50,483 nucleotides of DNA, taken from an uncultured Oligoflexus sp. GTDB taxonomy: Bacteria; Bdellovibrionota_B; Oligoflexia; Oligoflexales; Oligoflexaceae. The translations under genes and the position numbers were made by a program. Numbering within the stretch: the first letter of the stretch is position 1; each line of letters begins with the position of its first letter. The notes below the pieces were generated by a model. It was given only the letters and a program-made list of their open reading frames with translations. It searched no databases and was not told the DNA's origin. The DNA is taken from positions 1-50,483 of the forward strand of contig CAXSGP010000026.1 of assembly GCA_964236955.1 (NCBI GenBank), in the 5' to 3' direction. Positions 39,779 to 48,690 of this stretch are shown here, piece after piece.

Positions 39779-39803
39779 AACTTCAACCCTTATGAACAAA
39801 GCG

Positions 39804-39830
39804 GGCACCCTTGGCCAAGTCAAGGGTGCC
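39804..39830 (-). other. Intercistronic stem-loop between DUF4360-like genes
   Basis: GGCACCCTTG-N7-CAAGGGTGCC perfect 10-bp stem. Confidence 0.55.
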
Positions 39831-39849
39831 TAAAATAGTATTCAAATGT

Positions 39850-40476
39850 TCAGCTTGGAGGGCAAGGTACCCATCCTGCTTTTGCTCGGAATGTCACGTT
39901 TTGGCCTTGAACGGAGAGAGCGGCACTACCGCCATTTGGAAATACCTGGCCAGTGGCTGAAAGAGTCGATTGGAAGAGTCCATTGCGATTCGGATTTCCA
40001 CTGCAGAAGTGTGAAGGAGGAGCAAAGACTAGGAAATCGTTGGTAGAGGATAATTCCTCAGACGTACTGAACCAATCGGTTCCCTCGGCATAGGTTCTTG
40101 ATACCTCAGGAAGATCGTATCCAAAAAATCGACTGCTCGCCCCAATTTTAAGGCGGCTGCCATTTTTAGATTTGGTCCCACTGTAGGTAAGTTCTTGCTT
40201 CAATTCAGCGAGGTAAAATCCAGCTGCGATTTTTGCTGAAGCACTAAGGCGGCAAAAGCGAGTCGATGACGAAGGTGCCGTTAATTCAAATCCAAATTTG
40301 TCAAAAATCCAGGCGATTTCATCACCTCCGGGAGTGATGATTACCGTCGAAGAACCTGCAGGGCAGCCGTTACCAGCAGCTGTTGCATTTGACCATTGTG
40401 TGGTTTGTTGCGCATGCAGCGCAGTGGTTTGCAGGGCGAAGATGGCAACTGATGTCATAAGCAAATTTCTTAACAT
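39850..40476 (-). CDS. Secreted DUF4360 family protein
   Basis: Signal peptide LHA|Q; AAGNGCPAGS....I.P.G....WIFDKF, RFCRL, terminal WVPC; GGAGAG RBS before ATG 40476. Confidence 0.75.
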   Translation of the reverse strand: MLRNLLMTSVAIFALQTTALHAQQTTQWSNATAAGNGCPAGSSTVIITPGGDEIAWIFDKFGFELTAPSSSTRFCRLSASAKIAAGFYLAELKQELTYSGTKSKNGSRLKIGASSRFFGYDLPEVSRTYAEGTDWFSTSEELSSTNDFLVFAPPSHFCSGNPNRNGLFQSTLSATGQVFPNGGSAALSVQGQNVTFRAKAGWVPCPPS

Positions 40477-40518
40477 GGTACTCTCCATTATTTTGGGAAA
40501 TCCTATGATTTGGCTAAG

Positions 40519-40534
40519 AGCAAGAGGCGGACCA
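40519..40534 (-). promoter_or_regulatory. sigma54 -24/-12 promoter
   Basis: Minus strand TGGTCCG-CCTC-TTGCT, 42 nt before ATG 40476. Confidence 0.6.
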
Positions 40535-41285
40535 TTGCAAGGAGTAGCGAAGGCAAATTCATTGGATGCAGGGATAGGCGCTGGAGAAATGGAAAATTAT
40601 TTTTGAAACCTTTTCGAAAAAAAGGAAAGGATGAGTAGGAATCCCTTGTTTTGCTGCGATTTTCAGCGAGAATGCGTAGTTAAACGTAGCCTCTTTCTCT
40701 GTAAATTAAGCTCCAAAATGTATGTAAGGTATCAAGATGTTCAAAGACTGGATTGGTTTGGAAGAAGATTGGCAAGTATTATGTTCGTATATTTATGAAG
40801 CGAAGGTATAAAGAGGAAGGGATTATGCAGAAGGGCTTATAAAAGCGGTGGATTTTCATCATTCATCGAACTGCGTGGGACATTCCTTTTGCTGGGACAA
40901 GCTTTCTAAGATTGCACCTTTGCAAAAGACTCCTGGAAAAAACCTCAGCCGGGGTGACTATGGTTAATGGGGCTTAGGGAGGATTGGCGACCTTGATCCA
41001 GTGAGATTCGATGCCAAACAGCAGCGGATTCAACCGCTTTCAATCAATCTCATGCCGGTAAATTATCCCTCGGTATCGTTTCAAAAAGATAGTTGAACTT
41101 AGAGACAAGCCCAGCCAAGGATTGAGAAGGGGACGAAGAAATCAAAAACATTGCGCGTCGCGATTATCATTAGGTTCAAAGCAGCCACAGGGAAAGCTGC
41201 GTAGACAGTTATTAAAAAGCACCGGTCTTTAAACAAGTGCTTTATTTTTATAGGGAATCGACTCGGTATTTAAAGCAGCTTCCTT

Positions 41286-42281
41286 TCAGAAGAACAAAGC
41301 GCCATTCGAGAGATCCTGCGCCGGAGCTTCCTCTTTTTTCGCTTCGCCTTCGGGCTTGCCCTTCGACAGTGCCCCGTTCATCGTGAATTCGACACTGAAG
41401 TTACAGTCATTGCTCGACATTGGAATGGCAATGACAGGACTTGAGCCTGGGTGGGATACTTCATGATTCTCGCCGACGATAACCTGTGGCAAACCAATAT
41501 TTACATAGTAGTCGATCTTCGCCAGATTGATTTTGATCTTGCCGCTAATCTGATTACACATCTCCCCAGCCAAATCACGTATCAATTCGTCAGTAAAATC
41601 CGGCTGGTTTTCGCCGAAGATACTGGCGGCCAGTCGTCTGAGAAAGTTGATGTTACAGGAGAAGGCCACGGAGCCCATGGATTTGCCTTGGCTCAAGGGA
41701 ATAAGGGCCGAAAAAAAGCCTTTCCCGGCACGTCCGGACTTAATGTAGGGCTTGCCAAGCACGAGGCCGTCACCCAGGTAGAAGAAAACCACCCCCTGCA
41801 TCGCCGCCGTTACGCCGCGAACAATATTAGCATCATAGGACACCGAGGTTTTGGCCTTTGCTGCCGGAAGCGGAGCCATGCACTTTTCTTTGAGTTTTTT
41901 TACGACGCTCGCGCCATCGAAGGGTTTAAGAATAACACTTGCGACCCCGATGCTGGTGATACGCTTGAGATTCTCGCTATCGAGATTACCCGACATGATG
42001 AAAAATTTTGCTTTTTTGCTCAATGGTTGGGCCTTGGCATGGCCTATAAACTCCAGGCCGCCCATGCGTGGCATACTCAGGTCGGTTAGGACCGCATCAA
42101 ATTTCTCAGTGCTCATAATTCTCAGAGCATGCGAGCCATCGGAGGCAACGAATACTTTCCATCCGTCTTTTTGAAAGAATTCCGCAAGAATTACAAGAAT
42201 ATCCCTTTCGTCATCGACGATTAGAATTCGGAGCGCTGGGGGCTTGACGGGTTTTAGTTGTACGTGAGTCAAAGGTGACAC
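41286..42281 (-). CDS. Response regulator receiver domain fused to CheX-like phosphatase domain
   Basis: LIVDDE, LTDLSMPRMGG, KPF; C-terminal DLAGEMCNQISG (ExxN motif), IGLPQVIVG. Confidence 0.85.
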   Translation of the reverse strand: MSPLTHVQLKPVKPPALRILIVDDERDILVILAEFFQKDGWKVFVASDGSHALRIMSTEKFDAVLTDLSMPRMGGLEFIGHAKAQPLSKKAKFFIMSGNLDSENLKRITSIGVASVILKPFDGASVVKKLKEKCMAPLPAAKAKTSVSYDANIVRGVTAAMQGVVFFYLGDGLVLGKPYIKSGRAGKGFFSALIPLSQGKSMGSVAFSCNINFLRRLAASIFGENQPDFTDELIRDLAGEMCNQISGKIKINLAKIDYYVNIGLPQVIVGENHEVSHPGSSPVIAIPMSSNDCNFSVEFTMNGALSKGKPEGEAKKEEAPAQDLSNGALFF

Positions 42282-42621
42282 TCCCGAGCAATTATTTTCA
42301 ACACACCATTGGCTTTTGACAACTGGTAAACTTATGTTTGCTAAATCAAGGTCAGTATTGGGTCTTCGACAAGATCACTTGCAAGAGCCTTCCTTAGATC
42401 TAGAATTTGATCATCGTAATGTTAAAATTCTACACCTTTATCTTAGCGGTCGCTAGGCCTTGCCAAATTAGGAAAGGAGCGTCCAGAATGCAATCAAATC
42501 CAGGACATTTTGATAACGGTTCGAAAAGAATGAACTTGTTGCCGATTCTTTCCTACTGGCGCTTATCCTTCCGAACTTGAAATAAGATATGCTGAAGCTA
42601 TCCAATCAAGGAGGTTTTCTT

Positions 42622-42972
42622 ATGTCGCCGTCGAATCAAGATATCCTTGCCAAGCCCTATATTCCTATCGATACCGACTTTGTCGACAATATCGAACTCT
42701 ATTCCACCTGCCATCTTCATGTGCAGGTGGATTACAAAGACCGGGATGGGACCTTAAGGGCGTTACGGGGCTTCATAGCCGAGGTTTATACCAACCATGA
42801 GCACGAAGAATACATGAAGATGGTGGATGGACGATGTTTGCGACTGGATCAGCTGGTACAGGTCGAGCCGATCCATAAGTCAGCGGTAACCGACAGGGAT
42901 GAAGCGATAGACTTGGCGATAAAGCTGGATATCAGGGACAGTAAATTCTTTCCGAATGGGGTTTCCAAATAA
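42622..42972 (+). CDS. Rho-binding antiterminator (Rof/YaeO)-like protein
   Basis: YIPIDTDFVDNIEL...EEYM......LRLDQL resembles Rof Y.PI.CD.YD.LEL...EYL...LRLD; AGGAGG RBS. Confidence 0.65.
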   Translation: MSPSNQDILAKPYIPIDTDFVDNIELYSTCHLHVQVDYKDRDGTLRALRGFIAEVYTNHEHEEYMKMVDGRCLRLDQLVQVEPIHKSAVTDRDEAIDLAIKLDIRDSKFFPNGVSK

Positions 42973-43054
42973 AGGCCCATTTTTTGGAAAATGGCTAAGG
43001 ACCAAAAAAAAGAACCACGATGTCAGACATCGTGGTTTACTTGAGCTGGAGCAA

Positions 43055-43279
43055 TTATTTAACCGAAGGCTTTTTGTCGGTTTTCATAGAGTTAATGTAT
43101 TCATCGATTTCGACTTCCGCGCGGTCTTTTGCGAGGCCGTATCGCTCTTGCAGTTTACCGACAAAGCGATCTTTTTTGCCAGCGATCAGTTCAACATCGT
43201 CATCAGTGATTTTTGCCCATTTTTCGCGAACACTGCCTTTAAGATCTTTCCACTGGCCTTCGATTTGATCCCAATTCAT
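43055..43279 (-). CDS. csbD: CsbD/YjbJ family general stress protein
   Basis: MNWDQIEGQWKDLKGSVREKWAKITDDD...IAGKKD..VGKLQERYG. Confidence 0.93.
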   Translation of the reverse strand: MNWDQIEGQWKDLKGSVREKWAKITDDDVELIAGKKDRFVGKLQERYGLAKDRAEVEIDEYINSMKTDKKPSVK

Positions 43280-43321
43280 ATCTGGTCTCCCTTTGCACTC
43301 AGCATTGAGTGACTTACCTTA

Positions 43322-43337
43322 TACAATTTTCGTGCCA
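43322..43337 (-). promoter_or_regulatory. sigma54-type promoter for csbD
   Basis: Minus strand TGGCACG-AAAA-TTGTA: perfect -24 box, -12 TTGT variant, 42 nt before ATG. Confidence 0.65.
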
Positions 43338-43460
43338 TTATCTTATATCAATAATTTCATAGTATTGAGAAATTTGACCCGAATAAGATACAGGGGGGAG
43401 TCGTGACTTTGCTACAGGGCCCAGGGTGTGGTTATTTTTTGAAGGTGAGCGAATGAAAAA

Positions 43461-43480
43461 AGCGACAGTCAACTGTAGCT
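43461..43480. promoter_or_regulatory. Inverted repeat, candidate activator binding site
   Basis: AGCGACAG-TCAA-CTGTAGCT (7 of 8 symmetric) between two divergent sigma54-like promoters. Confidence 0.35.
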
Positions 43481-43551
43481 AGGACGTATCTTACCCAGTG
43501 AAGGATTGCCTCCCTAAAATCAAAATCAAAGCCAGCGTGCCTTACACGCTT

Positions 43552-43567
43552 TGGTCTGGAACTTGCT
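43552..43567 (+). promoter_or_regulatory. sigma54 -24/-12 promoter
   Basis: TGGTCTG-GAAC-TTGCT, 43 nt before ATG 43611. Confidence 0.55.
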
Positions 43568-43610
43568 TTATATCCCTGGTGAAGTATTTAAATCCAGTGA
43601 GGAGGACATC

Positions 43611-43964
43611 ATGTCTAATAATATTAAATTTGCAGCCTGTTTTATGACTTTTATGATCGCTCAACTAGTTTCGGCTCAACCGAGCAGGTCCTGCACGAGT
43701 CACGAACACTTTGTGGAATCAGTGGAGCGCTGCATCGATATAAGCTCCGAAGATGTCATAGTCCTTGGCACCCTAAAGGTCGAGGTCGCTAAAGACGGTG
43801 CTCAAAAGGTTTATCTTCATGATGATGCTAAAGGTAATATGGAACTCGTTCTTACCCCCTCCCTGGTAACAGCAATAGAAGAATCACCTGCCGATTCCTT
43901 CGAAGTCGAGGGTTTTTTGGCCAATGGTGAATTAGTGGTTAAAAATCTGAGGCCTATTGAATAG
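43611..43964 (+). CDS. Small secreted hypothetical protein
   Basis: GAGGAGG RBS, signal peptide VSA|Q, Cys pair, beta-rich OB-fold-like C-terminus. Confidence 0.7.
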   Translation: MSNNIKFAACFMTFMIAQLVSAQPSRSCTSHEHFVESVERCIDISSEDVIVLGTLKVEVAKDGAQKVYLHDDAKGNMELVLTPSLVTAIEESPADSFEVEGFLANGELVVKNLRPIE

Positions 43965-44019
43965 GATGCTCGATTGGATTGATGGAGCCCGGCAACGCTG
44001 CTGGTCTACCATCAAACCC

Positions 44020-46566
44020 TTACTCATAAGGCCTTCTCTGCCTCCACACCCAGATTAAACCCAGCAGCATGCTGAGGGGGGCTAAGCCCACATGTAACAA
44101 AGCCAGGTTGCGTTTGAGGTGAAGGAGTTGAGCTTCGGTGGCTTCTTTGAGCAAGCGTCTTTGTCTTCTCATCTTAGCTTCCTCTTCCCTCAAGTCCTGA
44201 ACCTTTTGCTTTTGATCTTTACTAACGACCTGATTGGATTCGCTGGTTTGACCTTCCCATTGAGTGAGCTTTTCATGAATCTCACCCAGTCGGGTCGCGA
44301 GCGCTGAATCTTGATCCTGGTACCGTTCCGCTGAATTTTTTTGGATGTCGATGATTTTTTGTAGGGTTCGATCGACATGAATCCGACTGCGAATCGCGAT
44401 CAAATCCTGATGGCCGTTAATAAATTCCAAAGCATTCAGAATAAAACTTATATTATCGCCGTGCTGTTTATAGACCATCTGGCCCAGGGATTGAATTTTA
44501 TCCACCGTAAAGGAATCGCTTAAAAAATCCACGTCCCCGACCACAACGATGGAACCCTCCTGATCAGCCTCAGCCTTATAGCCAAAAGGTGAGCCTTGAG
44601 GCGCTTCTTTAAACGTAGATTTCCATTTGCCCTTGATCAGTCCCGCGAGGATACGCCTTGTGTCATCAGGCTTGAGTTCTTCAGCCATCTGTTGGGGCGT
44701 CATATATTCAGTTAGATCGGTCCTCACCAATCCGCTCGATCGTCCTGTCGTAATCAAAGGCCAGAATCTATAGGGTCTATCCTTTTTCAACTCAAACCAA
44801 CCGGCCTCCAAAAAGTTGACTTTTTGCAGGCTTTTGCTGATCGGGAGCGCAGGATTCATCTCAGCAGCCCCAAGGTTAAGCTGAAAGGGATCATCATAGT
44901 TCATCTGGGCAATCTGAACACGCGTCGCCCGCGTGGTATCACCCACCAAGGTGTCAACATGAAAAATAAGGCCGAAGGGCTCAAGAAAATGACTAAGCTG
45001 ACTAGCAAAATTCGGCAGCTGATTTGCGTTCGGATAGTTGATTTCATAGCGGCAGAAGGCATCAAGAAAGACGATGAGCTTGCCGCCCCGCATTAAAAAT
45101 TGATCGATGGCATAGAGCGTCTTGGTGTCGACGATACGCGGGTGGACAAGGATGATCGTCTGCAGATTTTCAGGAACCGATTCGGCCTGAATGGGAACAT
45201 TGACAACCTGATAGAGTCCGCGCAAAGCAGAGACGAAGGCCCAATCGTTTCCCAAACCTGCATTTTCGCCGAACTCCTCCCCAACGAGCGGGAGGGCCGA
45301 CATGATGCCGAGACTCGGTTTGGCGGCCTGAGTCAGCCGCACTATGCTTTCGGTCAACTCATATTCAAGCTGCGCCTCGGTCTGCACATTAAAGAGAGGA
45401 ATTGAGAGATTGTGATCACCCTGCCGAAGGGCGAGTCCAAGGTAGGCGTTTTGTCCTTCCGCTCCCACAATCATGTGCATACCTGCAATGCGGGCCTGGA
45501 CCTCCTCTTCAGAATCCTGAGCCGGATCAATCAGATGCAAGCGAAATTTCTTGGGTGCCGTCGCCGCGTATTCCCTCAAAAGCTCTTCAATTCTTTGCCC
45601 GTAATTTTTGAGCGCGGGAGGAATGGTGCCGTGCGTGAAATAGAGGTCAGCATGGACGGGGCGCTCGAGCTTTTCGATGATGACTTTGGTGCCGCTAGAG
45701 AGAGTGTAAAGATTTTCTTCCGTGAGGTCTAAGCGAAGATGAAGGTCACGCGCGAGCAGGACCAGCAGGAGTATTCCCGTACTGGTGGAGAGGTAGGCGA
45801 AGATCGTCGTTCGATCCGGGCGGCGCTGCTTGCGCTTATTATAAAGAATGCTTTGATTTAAAAAGAGGCATAGCAGCGTCCACGCGAGAAAATAGAGCAG
45901 ATCCCGAAGGTCGATGACCCCCCGAAAAGCGGCTATGAGATGATGGGGAACTCCAAGTGGACTCAGGCGGTCGCTCCAGGTCAGAGGCAGAAAACTCGGA
46001 ATGGAGTCAAACAAAAGGTGGCTGCCCAGCCCCACAAAAACCAGGTTGGCACTGGCCGCAAGCACATAAGCTGCCAGGACGTGAGGGGCCATGGCCGAGG
46101 CCAGCGATCCCACGGCTACCTGTAAGGCACACAAAGCCGCCAGGGCTATATAACCAGCGGTGATCGCCCCCCAGTCGGGAGCCCCGAGATAGGCAAGGGT
46201 AAAACTTAAGGGAAAGGTCGATAGAAGGGCGACGAGAGCAAAACTCCAGGCCAGGGCGAAGCGGGCCAGAACCACCGACCATAGGGGGAGAGGGAAACTA
46301 AAAAACCATGGCAATGCATCCAAGGTCTTGGACTTCGCCCATTGCGTCATCGTCAGCAGGGGAATGAACAGGCTGCCAAGTACGGGAATGCAGAGGAAGA
46401 GGGGGAGGAGAGTCGCGTGGGCAGTATCGTAAAACTTGCTCGAGCCGAGAGTGATGGCATTGGCGATGAAGAGATGAGCCGCCAGGATCCAGTAGGTCAT
46501 GGGCTGGCGTAGGAGAATGCGGCCTTCATGGAGATAGAGTATCCAGGCTTTCTTTATCGTTACCAC
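44020..46566 (-). CDS. Fused GldF-like ABC permease / GldG-like auxiliary protein
   Basis: N-terminal 6-TM permease (PDWGAITAGY, RGVIDLRDLLYF), then RLDLTEENLYTLSSGT, LEYELT, AIDQFLMRGGKL.VF.D, VVGDVDFL, LIAIRSR, coiled coil and C-terminal TM. Confidence 0.85.
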   Translation of the reverse strand: MVTIKKAWILYLHEGRILLRQPMTYWILAAHLFIANAITLGSSKFYDTAHATLLPLFLCIPVLGSLFIPLLTMTQWAKSKTLDALPWFFSFPLPLWSVVLARFALAWSFALVALLSTFPLSFTLAYLGAPDWGAITAGYIALAALCALQVAVGSLASAMAPHVLAAYVLAASANLVFVGLGSHLLFDSIPSFLPLTWSDRLSPLGVPHHLIAAFRGVIDLRDLLYFLAWTLLCLFLNQSILYNKRKQRRPDRTTIFAYLSTSTGILLLVLLARDLHLRLDLTEENLYTLSSGTKVIIEKLERPVHADLYFTHGTIPPALKNYGQRIEELLREYAATAPKKFRLHLIDPAQDSEEEVQARIAGMHMIVGAEGQNAYLGLALRQGDHNLSIPLFNVQTEAQLEYELTESIVRLTQAAKPSLGIMSALPLVGEEFGENAGLGNDWAFVSALRGLYQVVNVPIQAESVPENLQTIILVHPRIVDTKTLYAIDQFLMRGGKLIVFLDAFCRYEINYPNANQLPNFASQLSHFLEPFGLIFHVDTLVGDTTRATRVQIAQMNYDDPFQLNLGAAEMNPALPISKSLQKVNFLEAGWFELKKDRPYRFWPLITTGRSSGLVRTDLTEYMTPQQMAEELKPDDTRRILAGLIKGKWKSTFKEAPQGSPFGYKAEADQEGSIVVVGDVDFLSDSFTVDKIQSLGQMVYKQHGDNISFILNALEFINGHQDLIAIRSRIHVDRTLQKIIDIQKNSAERYQDQDSALATRLGEIHEKLTQWEGQTSESNQVVSKDQKQKVQDLREEEAKMRRQRRLLKEATEAQLLHLKRNLALLHVGLAPLSMLLGLIWVWRQRRPYE

Positions 46567-47257
46567 GGGTGTCCTTCCACAGCTCGGCCAGGGTTTGCAT
46601 CAGCGGAGCGATGCCGAGAAACTTTTGATCGATCACGAGCGAACCATGGTCCAATACCAGGATTCTTTCGATCCAAGCCGGCAGACATTCTATCGTGTTG
46701 GTAGCCAGGATCATGCTGCTTTTGGCGAATTTTCTGCCCAAGATATCGATTGTACTATGCAACTCCTTAGGATCCAAACCTTGGAAGGGATCATCGAGAA
46801 AAATTAATTCCGGATCATGAAGGGTTGCCAGAGCCATGAGTACCCGCATCTTCTGCCCGTAGTGCAATTCCTGTATACAGTGGGAAAGTTCTTTTTTGAG
46901 CAACCATTTCTCCGCCAAATCCTCGGCCACCCCGGTGGGAAAGGGCATTCCCCGCATAACGGCAAAAAGTCTGAATGTCTCCTCGACCTTCCATTCCCCA
47001 TTGAGCGTCGGATGCGAAGGCACATAACCGAAGTGCCGGCGAGCTTCCTGGGCATCATAACGAAGATCGCTGTTGCGTATTTTGATCGTCCCTTGATGGG
47101 GGAGAATATAGCCGGCAAGGATCTGCAGGAGCATGCTCTTACCGGAGTTATGGAGGCCGACGACAGCAACTTTTTCGCCTTCCTCCACAGTTAGATTGAA
47201 ATTTTCAATGGCCACGCTGCCACGGGGAGCGTGATAGAGTCGGGTGACCTCGAGCAT
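46526..47257 (-). CDS. ABC transporter ATP-binding protein (GldA-like, degenerate motifs)
   Basis: Walker A GLHNSGKS; signature LHYGQ; Walker B IFLDDP; D-loop GLDP; switch ATN. Confidence 0.85.
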   Translation of the reverse strand: MLEVTRLYHAPRGSVAIENFNLTVEEGEKVAVVGLHNSGKSMLLQILAGYILPHQGTIKIRNSDLRYDAQEARRHFGYVPSHPTLNGEWKVEETFRLFAVMRGMPFPTGVAEDLAEKWLLKKELSHCIQELHYGQKMRVLMALATLHDPELIFLDDPFQGLDPKELHSTIDILGRKFAKSSMILATNTIECLPAWIERILVLDHGSLVIDQKFLGIAPLMQTLAELWKDTRGNDKESLDTLSP

Positions 47258-47284
47258 AGCATATCCCCTTAAGCGGCAGAGCCC

Positions 47285-48637
47285 TCAGGCTGGCACGAGG
47301 GCGCGTTTCTTTTGCTGCCACTTAATCGTATTAAAAATGGCGGTAAAGCTCAAGCCCAGGGCCAGGCCGATCCAAAGACCCAGCAGACCTTTGTTCCAGG
47401 CAAAACAAAGAGTGAGGCCTACCGGCAGACCGATTCCATAATGGGCCGCGAGATTGGTGTATAATGCGGTTTTCGTATCACCCAAACCCCGAAGAGCACC
47501 GGCCGCCGCGACCTGCACCCCATCAAACACCTGAAATAGGGCACAAAGAAAGATGATGCCACTGGCGATCCTGACGATCTCATGATCCGCAGTAAACAGG
47601 CCCAAGAGGACTTGAGGGAAGAGAAAGAGCACCATCGCCGACAGACTCATAAATAAAAAGGCAAAGACTATACCCTGGCTTCCAGCAGCAAAGGCTGCCG
47701 CTTCGTGCCCGCGACCCTTATGAAATCCAACCCGAACGGCGATGGCTGACGATAGCCCCACAGGAAACATAAAGGCAAAGGAAGCGATATTGAGCACAAT
47801 ATGATGGGTTGCAAGCGTCTGCGCACCCAGGTGGGTGACCATGATCGTGGTAAAGCTGAACGCGAAAATTTCCAAAAGGATTTGCATACTGGCAGGTAAG
47901 CCCAGTCGAAAGAGCTTTCGATCCATCTCCCTATCGCTGCGCATCAGCAAACGTAACCCATGCCGCCACGGCCTCGGAGTCGTGCGCCGCCAGTAATAAA
48001 TAGAGATTCCGACTGCGGCCACCAGCGTGAAAAGGCGGCAGACCGTGGTGGCCAGAGCCGCCCCTTGAGCCCCATGGGCATCAAAGCCCCAGCGTCCGCT
48101 GACGAAGGCGAGATTTGCGATCCAGTTCACGAGATTGGCCAGAATAACGGTGAGGGTGAAGGGAAAGGCAATCTCGAAGGCTTGCCAGTAGCGGGCAAAG
48201 GCACCATAGATCATAAGCGGCCAGAGACTGTAGCCTAGGGTCCTGAGAAAGGGTTCAGCGGCTTGAATCACGTCGTCAGGGGCACCGGTGATCCAGAGAT
48301 TTTTGCTAAGGAAAAAAATGAGCGGAGTAAAGATAAGTGAGAAGAGAAAGCCCATCCTCAAGGCCGATCCTAGGCATCGATCGGCGTCCTCGAGCCGGCC
48401 CGAGCCGTGGGCTCCTGCGACGATCGGATCCATGCCATGCTGCAGACCAAAGCCTATCATCACAATCATCCAGAAAATAGAATTGCCGGCAGCCACACCC
48501 GCGAGTTGGAGTGAAGAATAGTGCCCGACCATAATAGTGTCGACGATGCCCATGGTCATGGCACCGACTTGGGACAGGATGACAGGAATAGCCAGACGCA
48601 GGAGCTGGCGGGCTTCGGAACGGGAAAACTGCATCAT
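47285..48637 (-). CDS. MATE family efflux transporter (NorM-like)
   Basis: LAIPVILSQ, VDTIMVGH, GAALAT, LGLP, RVG, FQVFDGVQV..AGALRGLGDT. Confidence 0.93.
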   Translation of the reverse strand: MMQFSRSEARQLLRLAIPVILSQVGAMTMGIVDTIMVGHYSSLQLAGVAAGNSIFWMIVMIGFGLQHGMDPIVAGAHGSGRLEDADRCLGSALRMGFLFSLIFTPLIFFLSKNLWITGAPDDVIQAAEPFLRTLGYSLWPLMIYGAFARYWQAFEIAFPFTLTVILANLVNWIANLAFVSGRWGFDAHGAQGAALATTVCRLFTLVAAVGISIYYWRRTTPRPWRHGLRLLMRSDREMDRKLFRLGLPASMQILLEIFAFSFTTIMVTHLGAQTLATHHIVLNIASFAFMFPVGLSSAIAVRVGFHKGRGHEAAAFAAGSQGIVFAFLFMSLSAMVLFLFPQVLLGLFTADHEIVRIASGIIFLCALFQVFDGVQVAAAGALRGLGDTKTALYTNLAAHYGIGLPVGLTLCFAWNKGLLGLWIGLALGLSFTAIFNTIKWQQKKRALVPA

Positions 48638-48690
48638 ACGTCTTTCTAAGCAATGGGCAAAGATAGGGCATCTATCAAACGGTCGAAGAT

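Noticed and set aside
40718..40811. Two overlapping 24-26 aa ORFs in the long spacer upstream of DUF4360
   Set aside because: Short, weak RBS, no independent support
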